Assembly: GCA_944383765.1 (NCBI GenBank)
Contig: CALWQT010000014.1
Coordinates: 463 to 64,462 of the forward strand
DNA: 64,000 bases
DNA from: an uncultured Lachnospiraceae bacterium
GTDB lineage: Bacteria; Bacillota; Clostridia; Lachnospirales; Lachnospiraceae
Direction: 5' to 3'
Shown: positions 59,457 to 64,000 of the stretch, piece by piece
How positions within the stretch are numbered: position 1 is the first letter of the stretch
How the letters are laid out: each line of letters opens with the position of its first letter
The notes under the pieces: model-generated
What the model was told of the DNA's origin: nothing
The model's input: only the letters and a program-made list of their open reading frames with translations
Databases searched by the model: none
Position numbers and translations under genes: made by a program

Positions 59457-60572
59457 ATGAAACTGAGATATCCGGATTATTACAGGAGATTTTCCTGTAT
59501 TGCTTCGGAATGCGAGGATACCTGCTGCAAGGGCTGGGGGATTTCCATTGACCGGAATACTCTGAAGCGATACAGAAAACTGGGGCGGCATAAAATTCTG
59601 GGAAGTCAGATGAAAAAGGGGATTGATTATCGTAACCGCAGGTTCCGGCTGGAAAAAGGATACTGTGCATTTCTGAATGAGGATAAACTTTGTTCTATTT
59701 GTCTGGAAATGGGAGAAGGAATGATGTGCCGTACCTGCCGCCGTTATCCCCGTCATATAGAAGTTTACGGAACGGTCAGGGAGGCCAGCCTGTCCTTGTC
59801 CTGTCCGGAAGCGGCAAGGCTCATTTTGAACCGTCAGGATGAGACGGTATATCTGGAAAAGATGGTTCACAGTGAGAAAGAGAAGCAGAAAGAAGAACAG
59901 GAAAAGAATCCGGAATATCTGGAAACCTTGCTGTCTTTGCGGGATTCCATGTTCCGTCTCTTAAGAAACCAGAAAATCCCCATAAAGGTCCGCCTTTCCA
60001 TGATTCTGGCCCTGGCCCATGATGGCGGCAGAAGGCTGAAAGAGAGGGAATTTTCCAGGGCAGCAGAACTGGCAGAACGATATGAAGCGCCGGAAACGGC
60101 AGCCTGGTTTTCCAGACGGCTGGAAACTTTTGGCAGCCGGGATTTTCAGAGAAGGATTCTGATCGGAGAATATCTGGATATGACCATGCAGATGGATGAA
60201 TTGTCAGAAGGGTGGAAGCAGATGGCAGCCAGGTGCCGGCAGGTGTCATTGGTGGATTTTCCGGACTATCAGCTTGTCAATCTGATGGAGTATTATCTTT
60301 ATGTTTATTATCCGGGAGCTTTTTATGATGGAGACGGCTATACAAAAGCCCGCTTTGCGGTCCTGAGCCTTCTGATGACGGTACAGCTGGCTTCCTGGTT
60401 TGTGCAAGAAAAGAAACTGGAACCGGAAAAGGCGTTGGTACAGGCAGCTTACCGGTATTCCAGACAGACCGAACATTCTGACGGGAATCTGGAACTGGCA
60501 GAACAGTTTATCAAAAGAAGCCGGTCATGCCGGCTGGAACAGATGCTGACCTGCGTGATGGCTGACAACTAA
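59457..60572 (+). CDS. FliB-family (flagellin lysine-N-methylase-like) Cys-rich protein
   Basis: AAGGAG then ATG 59457. N-terminal FSCIASECEDTCCKGWGISID and CAFLNEDKLCSIC motifs typical of the FliB/YkgJ CxxCxxCC group. Confidence 0.55.
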   Translation: MKLRYPDYYRRFSCIASECEDTCCKGWGISIDRNTLKRYRKLGRHKILGSQMKKGIDYRNRRFRLEKGYCAFLNEDKLCSICLEMGEGMMCRTCRRYPRHIEVYGTVREASLSLSCPEAARLILNRQDETVYLEKMVHSEKEKQKEEQEKNPEYLETLLSLRDSMFRLLRNQKIPIKVRLSMILALAHDGGRRLKEREFSRAAELAERYEAPETAAWFSRRLETFGSRDFQRRILIGEYLDMTMQMDELSEGWKQMAARCRQVSLVDFPDYQLVNLMEYYLYVYYPGAFYDGDGYTKARFAVLSLLMTVQLASWFVQEKKLEPEKALVQAAYRYSRQTEHSDGNLELAEQFIKRSRSCRLEQMLTCVMADN

Positions 60573-60651
60573 GAAAATCCCATTGTGTTTTCCGAACCTT
60601 CGTTATATAATAACGGTTAGTGAAAAATGAATATCACAGGAGTGAGATAAG

Positions 60652-62112
60652 ATGAAAAAGATCAGAACAAGATACGCACCCAGTCCTACGGGAAGGATGC
60701 ATGTTGGAAACTTGAGAACGGCCCTTTATGCCTATTTGATCGCAAAGCATGAAAATGGGGATTTCCTGCTGCGCATTGAGGATACAGACCAGGAACGTTA
60801 TGTGGAAGGCGCAGTAGATATTATTTACCGTACGCTGGCAGAGACCGGACTGGTCCATGATGAAGGACCGGACAAAGATGGCGGCGTAGGACCTTATGTG
60901 CAGAGTGAGCGCCAGGCAGCGGGAATTTATCTGGAATATGCAAAAAAACTGGTGGAAAAAGGAGAGGCGTACTATTGTTTCTGTACCCAGGAACGTCTGG
61001 ACAGCTTAAAGAGGACAGTGAATGGGGAAGAGATCATGACCTATGATAAACATTGTCTTCATCTGTCAAAAGAAGAGGTGGAAGCGAACCTGAAGGCAGG
61101 GATTCCTTATGTAATCCGCCAGAACAATCCTACGGAAGGAACGACCACCTTCCATGATGAGATTTACGGAGATATCACCGTGGATAATTCAGAACTGGAC
61201 GATATGGTCCTCATTAAATCCGACGGATACCCCACCTATAATTTTGCCAATGTAGTAGATGACCATCTGATGGGTATTACTCATGTGGTCAGAGGAAATG
61301 AATATCTTTCCTCCTCTCCCAAGTATAACCGTCTGTATGATGCGTTTGGCTGGGAGGTCCCGGTATATGTACACTGTCCGCTGATCACCAATGAAGAACA
61401 TAAGAAACTTTCCAAAAGAAGCGGGCACTCTTCCTATGAAGACCTGATCGAGCAGGGATTTATCTCAGAGGCAGTGATCAATTATGTGGCATTGCTTGGC
61501 TGGTCTCCGGAAAACAACAGGGAGATTTTTTCTCTGGAAGAGATGGTAAAAGAATTTAATTATCTGCGTATGAGCAAATCTCCTGCTGTATTTGACATGA
61601 CAAAGCTGCGTTGGATGAATGGCGAGTATATGAAAGCCATGAATTTTGATAAATTCTACGAAAGAGCAGAAGGCTATATCAGAGAAGTGATCAAAAAAGA
61701 TCTGGATCTGAAGAAGATTGCTGCCATGGTCAAGACCAGGATTGAAGTTTTCCCGGATATTAAGGACCATATTGATTTCTTCCAGGAGCTGCCGGAATAT
61801 GATGTGGCTATGTACACCCATAAAAAAATGAAAACAGATTCGGAAAAATCCCTGGCAGTACTGAAAGACACCCTTCCAATTCTGGAAGCGCAGCAGGATT
61901 TCAGCAATGATGCTCTGTATGCAGTGCTTTCCGGATATGTGGAAGAAAAGGGATATAAGACAGGCTTTGTAATGTGGCCTCTGCGTACAGCAGTGTCAGG
62001 AAAACAGATGACACCGGCCGGGGCAACGGAGATCATGGAAGTGTTAGGAAAAGAAGAGAGCCTTTCCAGAATCAGAAAAGGGATTGAACTTCTGGAAAAA
62101 TCGTTAGCATAA
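60652..62112 (+). CDS. gltX: glutamate--tRNA ligase
   Basis: [16 protein letters not shown] (HIGH) and KLSKRS (KMSKS) motifs, 486 aa. Confidence 0.95.
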   Translation: MKKIRTRYAPSPTGRMHVGNLRTALYAYLIAKHENGDFLLRIEDTDQERYVEGAVDIIYRTLAETGLVHDEGPDKDGGVGPYVQSERQAAGIYLEYAKKLVEKGEAYYCFCTQERLDSLKRTVNGEEIMTYDKHCLHLSKEEVEANLKAGIPYVIRQNNPTEGTTTFHDEIYGDITVDNSELDDMVLIKSDGYPTYNFANVVDDHLMGITHVVRGNEYLSSSPKYNRLYDAFGWEVPVYVHCPLITNEEHKKLSKRSGHSSYEDLIEQGFISEAVINYVALLGWSPENNREIFSLEEMVKEFNYLRMSKSPAVFDMTKLRWMNGEYMKAMNFDKFYERAEGYIREVIKKDLDLKKIAAMVKTRIEVFPDIKDHIDFFQELPEYDVAMYTHKKMKTDSEKSLAVLKDTLPILEAQQDFSNDALYAVLSGYVEEKGYKTGFVMWPLRTAVSGKQMTPAGATEIMEVLGKEESLSRIRKGIELLEKSLA

Positions 62113-62132
62113 CATTGTGAAGAAAAAGGGGC

Positions 62133-62160
62133 GGCAGAAACAGGCTGCCTCTTTTCCTTT
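62133..62160 (+). terminator. gltX terminator
   Basis: GGCAG-AAACAGG-CTGCC followed by TCTTTTCCTTT. Confidence 0.5.
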
Positions 62161-62200
62161 GCGGAGTCTGGGTTATGTTTGAAATATATGGGAGAATCGT

Positions 62201-64000
62201 ATGGCATTTAATCAGGGACAGAAACAGGCAATCAGCCATGGAACCGGACCGGTGATGGTACTGGCGGGTCCTGGTTCCGGAAAGACAACCGTATTGACGG
62301 AACGGGTAAAGGTTTTAATTCAGGAAAAGCAGGTGAATCCAGGGGCGATTCTGGTGATTACCTTTACCCGGGCAGCAGCCAGGGAGATGAAAGCAAGATT
62401 TGAGCGGCTGGTGGGAGAACAATCTTATCCGGTGACCTTTGGTACTTTTCATAGTGTATTCTTTCGTATTTTGAAGCTGGCATACGGGTATGAAGCGAAG
62501 GATATTGTGAGAGAAGAACAGAGGATCCGGTTCCTGAAAGAGATGATAGAGAACGAGGAACTGGACGTGGAAGATGAGGCGGACTTTATTTCCTCAGTTC
62601 TGGGGGAGATCAGCGCAGTCAAAGGCGAGATGCTGAATTTGGACTGTTATTATTCCAAAAACTGCTCGGAGGCTGTCTTTCAAACCTTATATGAAGGATA
62701 TGAACAGAAACTTCGGGAACATGGCTGTATCGATTTTGATGATATGATGGTCATGTGTTATGAATTGTTCCGGCAGAGAAAGGATATCCTACAGGCATGG
62801 CAGAGGAAATACCAGTACATTCTGGTGGATGAATTTCAGGATATTAACCGGCTGCAGTATGAGATCGTAAAGCTCCTGGCATTACCGGAAAATAATCTGT
62901 TTATCGTAGGGGATGATGACCAGTCCATTTACCGGTTCCGGGGAGCCAGACCGGAGATCATGCTGGGATTTGAAAAGGATTATCCAGATGCCAGCCGGGT
63001 TCTTCTGAATGTGAATTACCGATCTACAAAGACCATTGTGGAAACAGCGAACCGCCTGATCGCCTGCAATCATACCCGGTTTGAGAAAGAGATTTTGGCA
63101 GCAAAAGATAAGGGCGCCCCGGTACGGACCTGTTTTTATCCGGACGCAGGAGATGAAGCACTGACTGTAGTGAAAGAAATCCTGGCATACCGGAATGCCG
63201 GATATCCCCTGTCGGATATTGCAGTCCTGTATCGTACCAGTCTGGAACCAAGGCTTCTGGTAGAACGGCTGATGGAATATAATATACCATTCTGTACCAG
63301 AGACAGTCTTCCTAACATTTATGACCATTGGATTTCGGGAAATATTCTTTCTTATATAAAAGCAGCGATGGGAGACAGGAGCCGTGGACGTATCCTGGAA
63401 ATCATCAACCGTCCGAAACGGTATGTGAGCCGGGATGCATTGGAAACATCAGTTGTTTCCTGGGAACAGGTGAAGTCTTTTTATCAGGATAAAGACTGGA
63501 TGGTGGAACGGATCGAACGGCTGGAATTTGATCTGCAGGCTATTTGCAGCATGAAACCGGCAGCGGCTGTGAATTATATTCGGAAAGCAGTAGGATATAA
63601 TGACTATCTGAAAGAATATGCGGAATTTCGCAGAATGAAAGCAGAAGAACTGCTGGAAGTGGCAGACCAGCTCCAGGAAAGCGCTGCCGGTTTTTCTTCT
63701 TTTGAAGACTGGTTCCGCCATATGGAAGAGTATAAAAAAGAACTGGAGGAGCAGGCCAGGAACCAGGAAGCTACTGATGAGAGCAGAGAAGGCGTGGCAT
63801 TGATGACTATGCACGGGGCAAAAGGACTGGAATACCGTATTGTTTATATCATTGATGCCAATGAGGGAATCACGCCCCACAGGAAGGCAGTTCTGGAAGC
63901 GGATCTGGAGGAAGAGCGGAGAATGTTCTATGTGGCTATGACCAGGGCGAAGGAACGTCTGTGCATCTGCAGCGTTAAGGAACGGTATGGAAGAAAACAG
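62201..64000 (+). CDS. UvrD/PcrA/Rep-family ATP-dependent DNA helicase (3' end outside window)
   Basis: ATG 62201, frame open to the window edge (600 codons). AGPGSGKTT Walker A, LVDEFQDIN, GDDDQSIYRFRGA, TMHGAKGLEY motifs. Absent from the ORF track because no stop lies in the window. Confidence 0.85.
   Translation, partial: MAFNQGQKQAISHGTGPVMVLAGPGSGKTTVLTERVKVLIQEKQVNPGAILVITFTRAAAREMKARFERLVGEQSYPVTFGTFHSVFFRILKLAYGYEAKDIVREEQRIRFLKEMIENEELDVEDEADFISSVLGEISAVKGEMLNLDCYYSKNCSEAVFQTLYEGYEQKLREHGCIDFDDMMVMCYELFRQRKDILQAWQRKYQYILVDEFQDINRLQYEIVKLLALPENNLFIVGDDDQSIYRFRGARPEIMLGFEKDYPDASRVLLNVNYRSTKTIVETANRLIACNHTRFEKEILAAKDKGAPVRTCFYPDAGDEALTVVKEILAYRNAGYPLSDIAVLYRTSLEPRLLVERLMEYNIPFCTRDSLPNIYDHWISGNILSYIKAAMGDRSRGRILEIINRPKRYVSRDALETSVVSWEQVKSFYQDKDWMVERIERLEFDLQAICSMKPAAAVNYIRKAVGYNDYLKEYAEFRRMKAEELLEVADQLQESAAGFSSFEDWFRHMEEYKKELEEQARNQEATDESREGVALMTMHGAKGLEYRIVYIIDANEGITPHRKAVLEADLEEERRMFYVAMTRAKERLCICSVKERYGRKQ

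Noticed and set aside
60573-60651. T-box leader upstream of gltX
   Set aside because: Only 79 bp separate the genes. That is too short for a T-box, and no specifier or T-box sequence is visible. Only a promoter-like TTGTGT-17-TATAAT is present.

Overview
Chromosomal window from a spore-forming Firmicutes genome (Clostridia-like gene content). It has three parts. (1) Bases 1 to about 26425 are the late arm of a temperate myovirus prophage. It carries a late regulator, a lambda-type packaging/head module (small terminase, GpA large terminase, gpW, portal, prohead protease, capsid) and a P2/PBSX-type contractile tail (sheath, tube, frameshifted chaperone, tape measure, LysM protein X, gpD, V, U, W, J, I, fibres). 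It ends with an XhlA-holin-amidase lysis cassette. The prophage stops about 30 bp after the endolysin, inside the spore-coat gene cotJC. Only about 33 N-terminal cotJC codons remain, next to intact cotJB and cotJA. The prophage also carries three small membrane-peptide modules with convergent promoters (type I toxin-antitoxin-like, one clearly Fst/par-like) and an XRE moron between protease and capsid. Its baseplate J gene is split by a T7 frameshift. (2) Host genes follow: a Cys/Asn/Gly/Tyr-rich putative coat protein, ECF sigma/anti-sigma, a 6S-like RNA, an AI-2E transporter, a SpoIID-domain protein, tRNA-Pro(GGG), HAD hydrolase, Lpd-like oxidoreductase, aminopeptidase P, and a mannose-family PTS + RpiR + MurQ cluster. 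(3) A low-GC tyrosine recombinase gene comes next. It is followed by two 28-bp dif-like (11-6-11) sites in inverted orientation that bracket a 209-bp segment holding an orientation-dependent terminator and a promoter candidate. I read this as a candidate invertible (phase-variation) switch in front of a ~13-kb operon for a tandem 3D-domain protein and three cell-wall-binding-repeat surface proteins (577, 2069 and 1475 aa). It is the observation I rate highest. The window ends with an AP2-domain protein, a YbaK-like deacylase, a FliB-like protein, gltX and the 5' part of a UvrD/PcrA-type helicase. All functional calls rest on my recognition of motifs and gene order; no searches were run.
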